Below, piece after piece: positions 9,452 through 19,485 of a stretch of 64,000 bases of DNA. Made by a program: the position numbers and the translations under genes. Source of the DNA: a bacterium (GTDB lineage Bacteria > Patescibacteriota > Patescibacteriia > UBA10025); NCBI GenBank assembly GCA_021815445.1, contig JAKAGM010000001.1, positions 403,710 through 467,709 of the forward strand. Reading direction: 5' to 3'. The notes beneath the pieces were generated by a model, which made no database searches, was not told where the DNA came from, and saw only the letters and a program-made list of their open reading frames with translations. How positions within the stretch are numbered: position 1 is the first letter of the stretch; each line of letters opens with the position of its first letter.

Positions 9452-12283
9452 TTATCTGTTCTTTCTGACAAACTCCATATGCTCATCAACGGGTGTTTCA
9501 ACGACTTTCTCTATGGGCGGATTTAGCGGGAGGATGAACTGGAATGTACTCCCCTTGCCTTTGCCTAAGCTTTCCACCCAGATTTTCCCTCCGTGCGCTT
9601 CGGTGAGACGGCGTGCGACATAGAGCCCGAGTCCCGATCCGTCAGGATTGATCTGCGCGATACCGTATCCGCGGACGAACTTGTTAAAAAGTCCTTTCGC
9701 CTCTTTCGGTTCGATGCCGATACCGGTGTCCTTGATGCGCACGTGAAGATTGTCCCCTTCCACTTTCGCGCTGACTGACACGGAGCCCTTGTCGGTGTAC
9801 TTGATGGCGTTATCAATCAGGTTCATCACCACGTCGGAGATTTTATCCGAGTCAAAAGGAACTTTGGGGAGCGGGCCCTTTATTTTTTCGAATACAAGCT
9901 TGAGCTTCTTGTCTTCGGCTGCTTTTTTGAGCACATCTACGCTCTTGACGATAATGTCTTCGATGCTCGCGGGAGCTTTTTTGAGCACTAGGTTGCCCGA
10001 CTCTATCTTTGACACGTCGAGGAAAATTCTGATGAGGCGGATCATGCGCTTGGATTCCTCGAGTAAACTTTGCATGATCCCGAGCTGGTCCTTTTTTACC
10101 TTGCCGAAGTCGCCGCCGACAAGCATCGACAGGTACCCCATGATGCCGGTCATCGGCGTACGGAGCTGGTGCGAAGCGATTGATACGAATTCTGATTTGG
10201 CCTGGTCAAGCTCTTTTAAGTGTTCGTTGGCCTCTGCGAGTTCCTTGTTCGATTCCTCTATTTCCCTGTACAGCTCGATGTTCTTATACACGATGCCTGT
10301 CTGGTTAGCGAGCGCTTTCATAATCTGCAAATCTGTTTCCTTGAGCTCACCCGGATCCGCGTCGAGCACATAGTCGATAGCGCCCACCATCTCGCCTTCT
10401 GACTGAATTGGAACAGCGATGACGGTCTTAACGCCGAGGGTGCGCTGAATCGCATTTGCCGCATCCGCCGGCACAGGCGGAGAAATGAACTCTGCAAGCT
10501 TCTCCCCTATTTCCACCTTGCCGGCTTTGATGGAGCGTATGGAGCGTGTATTATCTTTATCAAAGCGTCCCCAAAGTTCGGATATAGGTTTCGGGAGGAA
10601 TTTGATAATTTTGTCGGTGCGCGCGCTTTTGGTGATAGCTTCAGGGAAGAGTTTCCGCCTGTCTTTGCCCAGGAACAGCAGGATGCCTCCGATGAAACCC
10701 ATTTCAGTGGCGATAGAATCAACAATGTCCTGCGTGACGCGCTTCAGGTCAAGCGAACGTGTCATGAGCGTGGTGACTTTCTGGATGGCCGAGAGGAACC
10801 TGTTGCGCTCCTGCAGTTGGGAGTTCGTCGACTGCAAGTCGTGGGTCGCGATATCTATTTCTTTTTGCAGTTGGACATTGAACTGCTTGATCTGGTCGTA
10901 GAGCTGGGATTTCACGATGGCCGATGCGAGCTGGGGGCCGAGCAGTTCAAGCAGGTTAATGTCCTCATCCCCGAACGGGTCGCCCGAAAGCTTATGCCCG
11001 AGCACGAGCACGGCGTTGACGTCTTTCTCGACAAAGACCGGCGAGACGAGGGACGCGTCAAGCTGGTCGAGCTGTTCCTTTGAGCCCTCCAGGTCAGCCC
11101 GGGCCTGTTCGTCAGTCGTATCCTCTATCTTCCGCTCGAGCGCTTCAAGCACCACGACGCGCTTTGACGCAACGAGATACCGCATGAGCGGGCTCGTGCG
11201 CCTGATCGAGTACGCCTGGTGCACGCCCTCCCCGCGCACGACAAAGTCTCCCCGTTTCGTCGGAGCCACATAGACGACGGTCCTGCTGATTTTCAAATCT
11301 CTCGTGAGTTTGTCTTCAATGAGGGTGGTGAGCTTGTTCAGGTCAATTTCGCGGTTGATGATGTTGGAAAGGTCTGAGAGAAGTTTTTGGTAGTCAATGC
11401 GCTTTTTGTAGAAAAGGTTGTCGGTTACGTTAGCTATGAAGCGCTTCAAGGGATCAAGGATGAGGACGATAAAGATGGAGACACCAATAGCAATAAGACC
11501 TTTTGCTGCGAGCGAAACACCAAGACTCTGGGGAAGTAAAATTGCTAGACCAATAATTGAAGCTGAAAATAACAAGACCACGATCGAAAAGGCTACCGCT
11601 CTTAAAACTAGAACTCTAACATCTAACAACTGATGTCTGAATATCGCATAAATGATAAAAATCAACCAAATAATTGAGAACGCAGGACCAATTTGGATCA
11701 AGTTGTAGTTGCCTATCCAAGGTAAAATCAGATTAAACGATACACCAATGATACCCGACATAAGAGTTCCAATAAGTAAATATCGAAGCTGCAACCTAGA
11801 CGTTCCTTGCGACCTACGGAGATTACTGAAATAGTTAATAAATAAGATAACAAAATAGAAGATAAACCAGAGACTGTATAAGTGGTAAAGTGACCCCAAG
11901 TCAATGATGTTTGGATTGCCAACTATGACTCTTTTAATGAAGTACTTAGTTGGAATCAAAAAAACAAAAAGAATAAAAGGTGCAGTCGTGAGAAAGAATT
12001 TTAACTTTCCAAAAGACTTATGCCGATAGGGGAAAAGAAAAGAGAATTGCAGTAAACTTGTCGCGATAAGAGCCGCAGCTATGTAATATTCAATTCCCCA
12101 GATTTTTGCCAATTTAACACTTCCTGACATACGAAACATCGCGATCCCAAATACCCAACCAATGATTCCTAATACATAAAACAAGAAGACTCTGTTCTTT
12201 AATGAATCACTTTTTCTATAAAGCAAAATAAAAAGCAACACAAACTCGAGTATCGCCTCTATTATCAGGATATTATTAAGCAT
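9452..12283 (-). CDS. sensor histidine kinase: N-terminal 7TM (HisKA_7TM-like) plus extra TM, two GAF domains, HisKA, HATPase
   Basis: H-box SIASHQLRTP, N-box NLIDNAIKYT, DTGIGI, GSGLGL; about 9 hydrophobic segments at the N-terminus; GAF-type motifs. Confidence 0.93.
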   Translation of the reverse strand: MLNNILIIEAILEFVLLFILLYRKSDSLKNRVFLFYVLGIIGWVFGIAMFRMSGSVKLAKIWGIEYYIAAALIATSLLQFSFLFPYRHKSFGKLKFFLTTAPFILFVFLIPTKYFIKRVIVGNPNIIDLGSLYHLYSLWFIFYFVILFINYFSNLRRSQGTSRLQLRYLLIGTLMSGIIGVSFNLILPWIGNYNLIQIGPAFSIIWLIFIIYAIFRHQLLDVRVLVLRAVAFSIVVLLFSASIIGLAILLPQSLGVSLAAKGLIAIGVSIFIVLILDPLKRFIANVTDNLFYKKRIDYQKLLSDLSNIINREIDLNKLTTLIEDKLTRDLKISRTVVYVAPTKRGDFVVRGEGVHQAYSIRRTSPLMRYLVASKRVVVLEALERKIEDTTDEQARADLEGSKEQLDQLDASLVSPVFVEKDVNAVLVLGHKLSGDPFGDEDINLLELLGPQLASAIVKSQLYDQIKQFNVQLQKEIDIATHDLQSTNSQLQERNRFLSAIQKVTTLMTRSLDLKRVTQDIVDSIATEMGFIGGILLFLGKDRRKLFPEAITKSARTDKIIKFLPKPISELWGRFDKDNTRSIRSIKAGKVEIGEKLAEFISPPVPADAANAIQRTLGVKTVIAVPIQSEGEMVGAIDYVLDADPGELKETDLQIMKALANQTGIVYKNIELYREIEESNKELAEANEHLKELDQAKSEFVSIASHQLRTPMTGIMGYLSMLVGGDFGKVKKDQLGIMQSLLEESKRMIRLIRIFLDVSKIESGNLVLKKAPASIEDIIVKSVDVLKKAAEDKKLKLVFEKIKGPLPKVPFDSDKISDVVMNLIDNAIKYTDKGSVSVSAKVEGDNLHVRIKDTGIGIEPKEAKGLFNKFVRGYGIAQINPDGSGLGLYVARRLTEAHGGKIWVESLGKGKGSTFQFILPLNPPIEKVVETPVDEHMEFVRKNR

Positions 12284-12290
12284 TTTGACT

Positions 12291-13181
12291 TTACTTTTTT
12301 CTTAATATACCTAATCCATGAATCATTAAGGGCTCATAGATGATCTCGAAATCATCGGCAAAATTGGTCTCATGAAGAATATCAAAAAATTCGACCGGAC
12401 TTCGGTGGACCATTCTCCACTTTACTGTTTTAGAGATAAACTTTTCCTCAAAGTTTTTGTTAATGTTTGAGGTTATTATAGTTGATCCGCTATTTAATAT
12501 CCCATAGAGTTTATTAAATACTCTAACTATCTTTTCATCATCGAAATAATCAACGATGCCGACCATTTCTATAATATCGGGAGCCTTTTTAGAAACTAGA
12601 TCATAAGAATCTTCTATATTTAATAGATGTTGATTAACATTGTCCCCAACGCCATACTTTCTTGCTAGTTCTCTGCTGTAATTAATTGCATTAATATCTC
12701 TGTCTACCAATGAAGCTTGAATATTGATCAAAGATAGATCAATCTCAGAAATTACTTCAACTACCCCCCTAGCAGATCCCGATCCTAAACTAACTATACT
12801 TATATTTTTTTTACTCTTTGATCGCTGGTTAATTTCATTCATCAAAATTTTTTTGAAAAGTCTCAACCTATTACGCAGAGCTCTTGGATTTCTTTGGTTT
12901 AACCAAATAAAATCGAAAAGGCTCACCCAATCCGGTTTTAACTGCTTACCAGTAAAATTATACATCTCCTCGAGTGCCCTGTATTGTGTTGAAAAGGTTT
13001 TGATAACTTCTGCTTTCTTGCTTTGTATCAATAATTTATGACCCCATTTATAGGGAAAAATAGTTGCAACCACCATCCAAAAAAAATTAAATGCCCTTAG
13101 AAAAAATGATATTTTCTCATATTCTTGACTTACATCCATGCTGACAGGCTTTCCATTAATCTTGTTTTTTGTGGTAATCAT
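12291..13181 (-). CDS. class I SAM-dependent methyltransferase (AT-rich)
   Basis: SIVSLGSGSA motif I, LVDRD acidic motif, DIIEMVGIVDYF, LNSGSTIITSN; ends 7 bp before the kinase start. Confidence 0.85.
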   Translation of the reverse strand: MITTKNKINGKPVSMDVSQEYEKISFFLRAFNFFWMVVATIFPYKWGHKLLIQSKKAEVIKTFSTQYRALEEMYNFTGKQLKPDWVSLFDFIWLNQRNPRALRNRLRLFKKILMNEINQRSKSKKNISIVSLGSGSARGVVEVISEIDLSLINIQASLVDRDINAINYSRELARKYGVGDNVNQHLLNIEDSYDLVSKKAPDIIEMVGIVDYFDDEKIVRVFNKLYGILNSGSTIITSNINKNFEEKFISKTVKWRMVHRSPVEFFDILHETNFADDFEIIYEPLMIHGLGILRKK

Positions 13182-13360
13182 TTTTTTATTTGAATTAAAT
13201 CTCTTGACTCACCATACCACAAAACTCAGCTTTTTTCAAGTTCTTATAATAATTTCTAAGAATGCCAGACAAAAAATAGATAACTATGTAAAAAACCCCG
13301 CTCTCACGGCGCTTATATAAACAGCGTAACCTTTCTTTCCCCCAGTATCAACTCAACACA

Positions 13361-13984
13361 TCATTTAGTAACCACTTCAAGCGAATTAAGCACCTGCGTA
13401 AACGCTTGTTCGAATCCTTCATTTAAAACACAAGGCTTTTTAATAACAAGATTCCATTCAGGCGATGAACTTCTGGGAGACAAATAGTATATTTCTCCGC
13501 CATTGTCGCCCTTGTTGGGTATCTCACCTTTTGGAAGTATTCCAGTCCTTTTATAACCATGAAAAATCGTAAGGTTTACCTGCATAAATGTTTGATCTTG
13601 CATTTGTTTTTGACTTTCAATAAATGATGGCGTAATGAGATTTTTCTCAGTAATAAAAAAGTTAACCTGTCCACAGGTGAGATCAGTGAAAGTAATTGGA
13701 CTGTCGGTGGTTGAAATCGAGACCACCGCGGACTCTTTGGCTGAGTAATTTCCTAAATCATTAACAAGTGCTGGATCTCCATTATAAAATGTATTCCAAT
13801 CTTGCGGTACAGAGAAAGTAATCTTTTGGTGGGTGCTGAGGGGAATTGTTACAATCTTGGGTGTTATCTGCTCGACCTGAGTTTGAGAATTGCGAGAGTA
13901 TATTGATTTCAGCTGCCAGACTGAAAAACCGACAACTAGCAACACAGCTAAGATAATAATTACTTGAAAGTATTTTTTTGGCAT
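13361..13984 (-). CDS. hypothetical membrane-anchored/secreted protein
   Basis: MPKKYF plus TM helix; an extended -10 (TGcTATACT) lies 7 nt upstream of the ATG, suggesting a leaderless mRNA. Confidence 0.75.
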   Translation of the reverse strand: MPKKYFQVIIILAVLLVVGFSVWQLKSIYSRNSQTQVEQITPKIVTIPLSTHQKITFSVPQDWNTFYNGDPALVNDLGNYSAKESAVVSISTTDSPITFTDLTCGQVNFFITEKNLITPSFIESQKQMQDQTFMQVNLTIFHGYKRTGILPKGEIPNKGDNGGEIYYLSPRSSSPEWNLVIKKPCVLNEGFEQAFTQVLNSLEVVTK

Positions 13985-14010
13985 AGGATTGAGTATAGCA
14001 TTAATAAATT

Positions 14011-14046
14011 GGAGGGAGGTGCATTGGAAACAATGCACCTCCCTCC
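14011..14046 (-). terminator. intrinsic terminator-like hairpin downstream of the CHAP lipoprotein gene
   Basis: Perfect 16-bp inverted repeat ggagggaggtgcattg-gaaa-caatgcacctccctcc. Confidence 0.75.
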
Positions 14047-14099
14047 CTTCATGAAAAAGAGAGACTCACGTATCTCTTTACCCTAGCGAGGCAGATCTG

Positions 14100-14762
14100 T
14101 CAGTTCATGGCCTGATATACGCTGTACTTGGTTCCCACATACCTGCGAAACCAGTCGAACGAGACAAAGTGCACGAAGACATAGTCAGGAAAGTCCTCCG
14201 TGAACCAGTTGGAGTCGACCCAGTACATTCCCGCAACACCGTTATAAATTACATAACGATAGAAAATTGTGGTATGCGGACCATTGTACTTGCTGGTTGC
14301 TAGATGCATCTGAATGATGTTGCCGACCCCGAGGCCGCTCTCGATCGTGCCGCCGCCGATAACATTGCCGTCAACGATTTTTATCACGTGTCCACTGTTG
14401 AGATAGAAATCGGTTGAGCTCGTCGCGGGCAGAGCAAAGCCCGTGGCATCCTTGACAACCGCGCTCGCCCACGGTTTGCACTGTACGTAGACATTCTGAC
14501 CAATGTCCTGGTGCGCACGGTTCCAGATCGCCTGGTTAATATACCACCACCAGGCATTATCCGCAGCAAGTGGAGATCGAACAGGAACTTTAAGCACGGT
14601 ATCAGTCGGTGCGATCATTGATAGATCGTACGCCGAGCATTCAGATGCCACATTTCCAGCAGATTCAGTGCTGTTTGTAACTCTTTCACCACATCCAACC
14701 ATCGCAATCACCAGCACAAGCATAAGGCCGGCCATCGCCCAATACAACGCTTTCGGTTTCAT
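14100..14762 (-). CDS. lipoprotein with CHAP/NlpC-P60-like peptidoglycan hydrolase domain
   Basis: Lipobox-like MVGC; QCKPWA (Cys), GPHTTI (His), WVDSNW; SD GAAAGGAAGG upstream. Confidence 0.65.
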   Translation of the reverse strand: MKPKALYWAMAGLMLVLVIAMVGCGERVTNSTESAGNVASECSAYDLSMIAPTDTVLKVPVRSPLAADNAWWWYINQAIWNRAHQDIGQNVYVQCKPWASAVVKDATGFALPATSSTDFYLNSGHVIKIVDGNVIGGGTIESGLGVGNIIQMHLATSKYNGPHTTIFYRYVIYNGVAGMYWVDSNWFTEDFPDYVFVHFVSFDWFRRYVGTKYSVYQAMN

Positions 14763-15193
14763 GGTGTGAAACCTTCCTTTCCATCTTTTTCTGTACGTCA
14801 GTGGGCGCTCAATTTGTCGAAGAGCAACTGATATAAGGAGAGACCCACGTTTTCTCCCTACTCAGCTTTTTTGGCACGTTCCTCACCTCACTTCCTTTTT
14901 TGAATGAACGGTTTTTGGGTTTACCTGTCCTGTTTTGACTCAATGGAATGTCAGCTTTTGCACAATTTCACTGTTTGATCACCACTTTCTTAGACGGCTG
15001 TCAGATGCGACGGCGCAAGACTGTTCCCTGTCTCCATCTCCCTCGTTCTCATTATTCTTGTGAACGAACCGCCGTCGGTTTTGAAAAGAAATCTGCAATT
15101 CTCCTACTATCATTATACCATTTTGACAAATTTTCTTTAACCTAAAACGGGAGTACGAAAGAGCACTCCTGGCGCGAGCTCATTTTGCCCCAC

Positions 15194-16594
15194 TTAATCT
15201 TCGGCTACACCCTTAACAGCTCGCGCAATCGCCATCCGATACATTTCCGCTTGGACGAGCGCGCTGTTGGCGTGTACGTAGAGCTTTTTCAGATAGGCAA
15301 TCTGTTCGGCAAAGAGTATTGCACGGGAAGACTTGTTCACCAGCACACCGATAGCGGTAAGCGTATCCTCGTGCCCGAAAGGTAAAAGTGCGCGGATGTG
15401 GTTTTCCCTCAGGAAGTTTTGCGCGGACTTAAGTAACCGCGCTTCTTCATTAGAGAATCTCTCCAATCGGTAAGGCAACTCATCGACAACAAGTATCTCC
15501 TGCCGCATTCTCAGAAATTGAGCAAGTTCCCCATGAGCTGCAATGTTCACTCCGCCTTTATTATCCCGGAAATCTTGATCCGGGCTGCTTCTCTGAAGAA
15601 TGTACCCGTCATACTCAGGCAGTACTCGCGCGAGCTCTGAGCGGATTTTCTCCACAAGGTCATTGAAATGCACTGATGATTGGGCGACTAACTGCAGTCT
15701 TTGCAAAGAATCAGACTGTTCCTTTTCGCGGCTGACAAAAATCCGATCTACGAAGGAGTAGATCAGCCTGCGAAGGGGCTCCGCGGTAAAACCGACAATC
15801 AAAATAGCGATAAAGATTTTGACTCCCTCGGTAAGAATGGCGTACTGGGTCAACTGTTGTAAGACAACAATAAGATATGCATAAGTGATAAAGAGAATAG
15901 CGAAGGAGAAAAACTGGACAATCCCCTTGCGTATTACAAACTGGATATTAAAAAAACGGTAACGGGTGATCGCATACGATATAAATGAAGCAAAAACAAG
16001 TGCCGTGAGACTGTCAAATCTTGCCAGCCACAATACATGGTGGAGAGGTGAAGCAAAATCAATGATAATAATAATAAATATTGGGGCGGCAAAGCCAAGT
16101 AATACGTAATTTAACTGCATTCGCTCGAGTCCCGAGGCCTGGTGTCGCATCTGCACTAAATGACTAACCGCCCAAATCAAGATGCATGAGCTTGGAATAG
16201 CATAAAGAAGAAAGTATTTTCCATCCGCGATTTCAAAACCGCGAGGCGTGGTGAGCACTTGCATTGCAATCACCAGATTAGGAATAAGCGCAAGAAAAAA
16301 TAAAACTACAGAGTATATAATAATCGCAAATTTTACCACGGGTTTAAGTATCAGTTTGGCATATGCCGCAGCCCAAAAGAATATTCCGCCGATAAGCAAC
16401 GCGCCGACCGAATACGTTAGATTCACATATGGATACCGAGGGAATTGATAGTATATATAATTAACAAAAACCCAAAACGCTATAAGGAATACCAGATAAG
16501 CAAACTTTTTTTGGATATCATTTCTTGCCTTTCTGAGCACGACAGCTCCTAGGACAAGATTGAATACTCCGGCAATCAAAATAAGGATATTCAT
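15194..16594 (-). CDS. 7TM sensor + GAF-like protein lacking kinase domain (paralog C)
   Basis: Same TM/GAF layout as the N-terminal half of 9452-12283; YAITRYRFFNI..VIRKG, EPLRR; ends QAEMYRMAIAR. Confidence 0.85.
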   Translation of the reverse strand: MNILILIAGVFNLVLGAVVLRKARNDIQKKFAYLVFLIAFWVFVNYIYYQFPRYPYVNLTYSVGALLIGGIFFWAAAYAKLILKPVVKFAIIIYSVVLFFLALIPNLVIAMQVLTTPRGFEIADGKYFLLYAIPSSCILIWAVSHLVQMRHQASGLERMQLNYVLLGFAAPIFIIIIIDFASPLHHVLWLARFDSLTALVFASFISYAITRYRFFNIQFVIRKGIVQFFSFAILFITYAYLIVVLQQLTQYAILTEGVKIFIAILIVGFTAEPLRRLIYSFVDRIFVSREKEQSDSLQRLQLVAQSSVHFNDLVEKIRSELARVLPEYDGYILQRSSPDQDFRDNKGGVNIAAHGELAQFLRMRQEILVVDELPYRLERFSNEEARLLKSAQNFLRENHIRALLPFGHEDTLTAIGVLVNKSSRAILFAEQIAYLKKLYVHANSALVQAEMYRMAIARAVKGVAED

Positions 16595-16599
16595 AATAG

Positions 16600-18042
16600 T
16601 TATTTCATAATCCTCTCAATCGCCATCCGATACATTTCTGCCTGCGTGAATGCGTTGTTCGAAATTGCATGAAGCTTCTTGATAAACGCGATCTGTTCAC
16701 TGTAGAGCACACTTCTTGGAGATTTTCCTATAAGCAGGAAAATAATGGAGACCCGGCCTTCTTGGTCCAAAGGTAACACCGCCTTAATTTTATGCTGGGC
16801 TAGAAACGATTGGGATTCGCGCAAAGCCCGAACTTCGTCCTCGTCGTACCTATCGAGTTTATAAGGAATCTCGTCGGTCACCAAGAGTTCAGTGTGCTGT
16901 TTTAAGAAAGTTATCAATACATGATCAGATGGAATTTTCACATTCATTTTTCCTTTGGCGGTAAATTCATTGTTTTCTCTTTTTAATACCGCAACATCAA
17001 AATCGTTAAACACATGCGAAAGCTCGCTTCGGGTTTTCTCAATAATCTCATCCACGTGCGACGCCGAGCGAGCCAATAACTGCATCCGACTCAGCGCTTC
17101 ATCCTGCTCCCGCTCCTTGCCGGCGAAGATTCGATCAATCCATCGATAAATAAATCTCCGTAGAGGTTCGGCGGTCACGCCAACCACCAGCACGGCAATA
17201 ATAAGAAGCGTTTCACTTGAAATATCAAGAGAACCCCTGACATTGCGTTGAAAGAAAAGTATGAGATAGATATAGACGCTGAAAAGCAGGGCAAAAGTTA
17301 CAAACTGGACAAACCCTTTTCGTATCGCAATACGAATATCCATGAGACGATAGCGAACGATACCATAACTCATTAATATAGCCATAATGACCGTGGCTAG
17401 GGGCCCATAGGGGGAAACAACAGCATAGTGTGATTCAATCCCCTTAGTTACAAAAGCGGGGTACAATAAATTTGCGTAAAGCCCGGCAGCGGCAGCGACA
17501 CTGAATCCAGCAAATACCCAAACTACTTTCAAACGCTCAATTCCACTCGATTTCAGCATTCGAACAAAGAGGATAGCTAAACCAACTAGAATAAATAATA
17601 GAATATATGCTGCATATGGATAATATAATCTCCCATATATATTATCGTTTATTTGCTGCCGAGGAAGTATAATAAGTTTGGATGAAATTAAGCTTGTGTA
17701 GCTTACTATGAAAAAGAACCCGGAAACCAATAACAACGAATACTTAGTAAAAGGATGGATAGTGATCTTTTTTGGAAAGTAAAAACTGAAGAATAGGAAG
17801 GAAGATGCAATGATCGCCGCAAATGCAAAAGTAAAATACGTCCAAATAAGCGCCGGGTAATAATCTTTTAAGTTTCCCGAGAACCAATTAGATAATACCC
17901 ACCCTGAGATAGAAAAACACAGTATAAAAAATAACTGATTTACTCGCTCTCTGGGACGATGTAATAATACAACCAGACCCAGTATAAAATTGGAAATTGC
18001 AACAAGTAATGTAATAACGAAAAAAGTGTCCATATTAAGCAA
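16600..18042 (-). CDS. 7TM sensor + GAF-like protein lacking kinase domain (paralog B)
   Basis: YGIVRYRLMDIRIAIRKG, EPLRRFIY; ends QAEMYRMAIERIMK. Confidence 0.85.
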   Translation of the reverse strand: MLNMDTFFVITLLVAISNFILGLVVLLHRPRERVNQLFFILCFSISGWVLSNWFSGNLKDYYPALIWTYFTFAFAAIIASSFLFFSFYFPKKITIHPFTKYSLLLVSGFFFIVSYTSLISSKLIILPRQQINDNIYGRLYYPYAAYILLFILVGLAILFVRMLKSSGIERLKVVWVFAGFSVAAAAGLYANLLYPAFVTKGIESHYAVVSPYGPLATVIMAILMSYGIVRYRLMDIRIAIRKGFVQFVTFALLFSVYIYLILFFQRNVRGSLDISSETLLIIAVLVVGVTAEPLRRFIYRWIDRIFAGKEREQDEALSRMQLLARSASHVDEIIEKTRSELSHVFNDFDVAVLKRENNEFTAKGKMNVKIPSDHVLITFLKQHTELLVTDEIPYKLDRYDEDEVRALRESQSFLAQHKIKAVLPLDQEGRVSIIFLLIGKSPRSVLYSEQIAFIKKLHAISNNAFTQAEMYRMAIERIMK

Positions 18043-18054
18043 TGTATTATCCAG

Positions 18055-19452
18055 TTATTTCGTAATCCTCTCAATCGCCTGCTTATAGGCTAAAGCGCTG
18101 GTGAAAGAAAGTGTGGCCTGCTGACCAAAGTTTTTTAGAAACTTGATTGAATCTGCGGTAAAAGTCGGAGAGCTTTTTGTATCCGGGAAAACATAGGCCC
18201 CGAGAAATTCATCACCTGATCCAAGTGGCATTGCTAGGGCAATTCCTTTTGCCTTGAGACTTTCTAGAATGGTACCCAACCCTTCTTCGCCTTCTTCTAT
18301 TCGATAAGGTAATTCCTCTGTGATAAGGATTGTTCCTTTTGATAATTCATGACTGAGTGCGTCGTTAGAGGGAATAGTGAGATCGCCTTTCGGGTAACTT
18401 GTAAGTTGATTCTTCTGTGGGTCAAAAAGAAGAAAGGAGGTCGAACATCCAAGCACTTTATTGAGCTCTGCTGAAACTTTCTCGACAAGCGACCGGAACT
18501 GCATTGTAGAACGTGAAATCAGCTCGAGGCGCTGGAGAGCTTCTTTATCCGCACGTTCTTTGCTCGCAAATAGTTTATCGATAAACCTATAAATAAAGCG
18601 CCGTAATGGCTCGATGGTAATAACAATCAAAAGGACGGCGATGAGAACCGTGTTGCCCTCCGAGAAATCCAGCGAATCCTTCGCTGCTTTCTGTAAAAAG
18701 AGAATGATGTAAGTATAAATGCCGAAAAGGGTGCCGAAAGTGAGAAACTGGACAAGTCCTTTACGAATAATTATTCTGATGTCGAGGAAACGGTAACGTA
18801 GTATTGCGTAAAAGCTACATAGTGCAAATGTTAACGTTGATATGTTCGCAATCCCAAAGTAATAAGTTTCATGCCGATTGTAAGCAAAGAAGACGCTCGC
18901 ACTCAACCCTACCACAACAGAGAAAGTGTAACTAAATAGAACATATTTGAGCTGCAGCTTTTGGATACCTTTTAATATTCTGTATTTTAGCAACAGAGCA
19001 CCTAATGAGATTGGAATAAAATAAATGGTTAATATCCCAAGATAAATGAAATATTGAGAATAATTGTATATTAGGTTGTCCCCATCATAAAAAAATATTT
19101 TTCCAAAAAAAGTTAATGCAACGACAAAAAGAATAGGAAAAAGGAGAAGTAGCTCTTTCGTCAGAGTAAGCTTTTTACTTTCACGAGGGAAATGTAAGGA
19201 AAAAATAGCAACAAAATACGAAATCATTGCAGCAGCGGCGAAGTCCATTTTTGAAAAAATGAGATTCAGATTTGGACTTTGCCGTAACGAAGAAGTTTCG
19301 AGTGCCCCAGATATTACCCAAATGGTCCCAAAAATGAGAAAACCAACAAACCGGCGATAGGTTTTATGTTTTTTCCTACTCCTCAAGGTCACAAAAGTCA
19401 GTAACAAATAGGCAGCTGCTGTTAGAACTATCAAGAAAAAGATGATATCCAT
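18055..19452 (-). CDS. 7TM sensor + GAF-like protein lacking kinase domain (paralog A)
   Basis: YAILRYRFLDIRIIIRKG, EPLRRFIY; ends ALAYKQAIERITK. Confidence 0.85.
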   Translation of the reverse strand: MDIIFFLIVLTAAAYLLLTFVTLRSRKKHKTYRRFVGFLIFGTIWVISGALETSSLRQSPNLNLIFSKMDFAAAAMISYFVAIFSLHFPRESKKLTLTKELLLLFPILFVVALTFFGKIFFYDGDNLIYNYSQYFIYLGILTIYFIPISLGALLLKYRILKGIQKLQLKYVLFSYTFSVVVGLSASVFFAYNRHETYYFGIANISTLTFALCSFYAILRYRFLDIRIIIRKGLVQFLTFGTLFGIYTYIILFLQKAAKDSLDFSEGNTVLIAVLLIVITIEPLRRFIYRFIDKLFASKERADKEALQRLELISRSTMQFRSLVEKVSAELNKVLGCSTSFLLFDPQKNQLTSYPKGDLTIPSNDALSHELSKGTILITEELPYRIEEGEEGLGTILESLKAKGIALAMPLGSGDEFLGAYVFPDTKSSPTFTADSIKFLKNFGQQATLSFTSALAYKQAIERITK

Positions 19453-19485
19453 ATTGTTTGTTTCAACAATTAAAGATGAGTTTAG

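Noticed and set aside
15194-19452. Receptors read as frameshifted kinase pseudogenes or DGR targets
   Set aside because: All three end at the same conserved helix with no kinase remnants downstream; no reverse transcriptase or TR/VR pair was seen.
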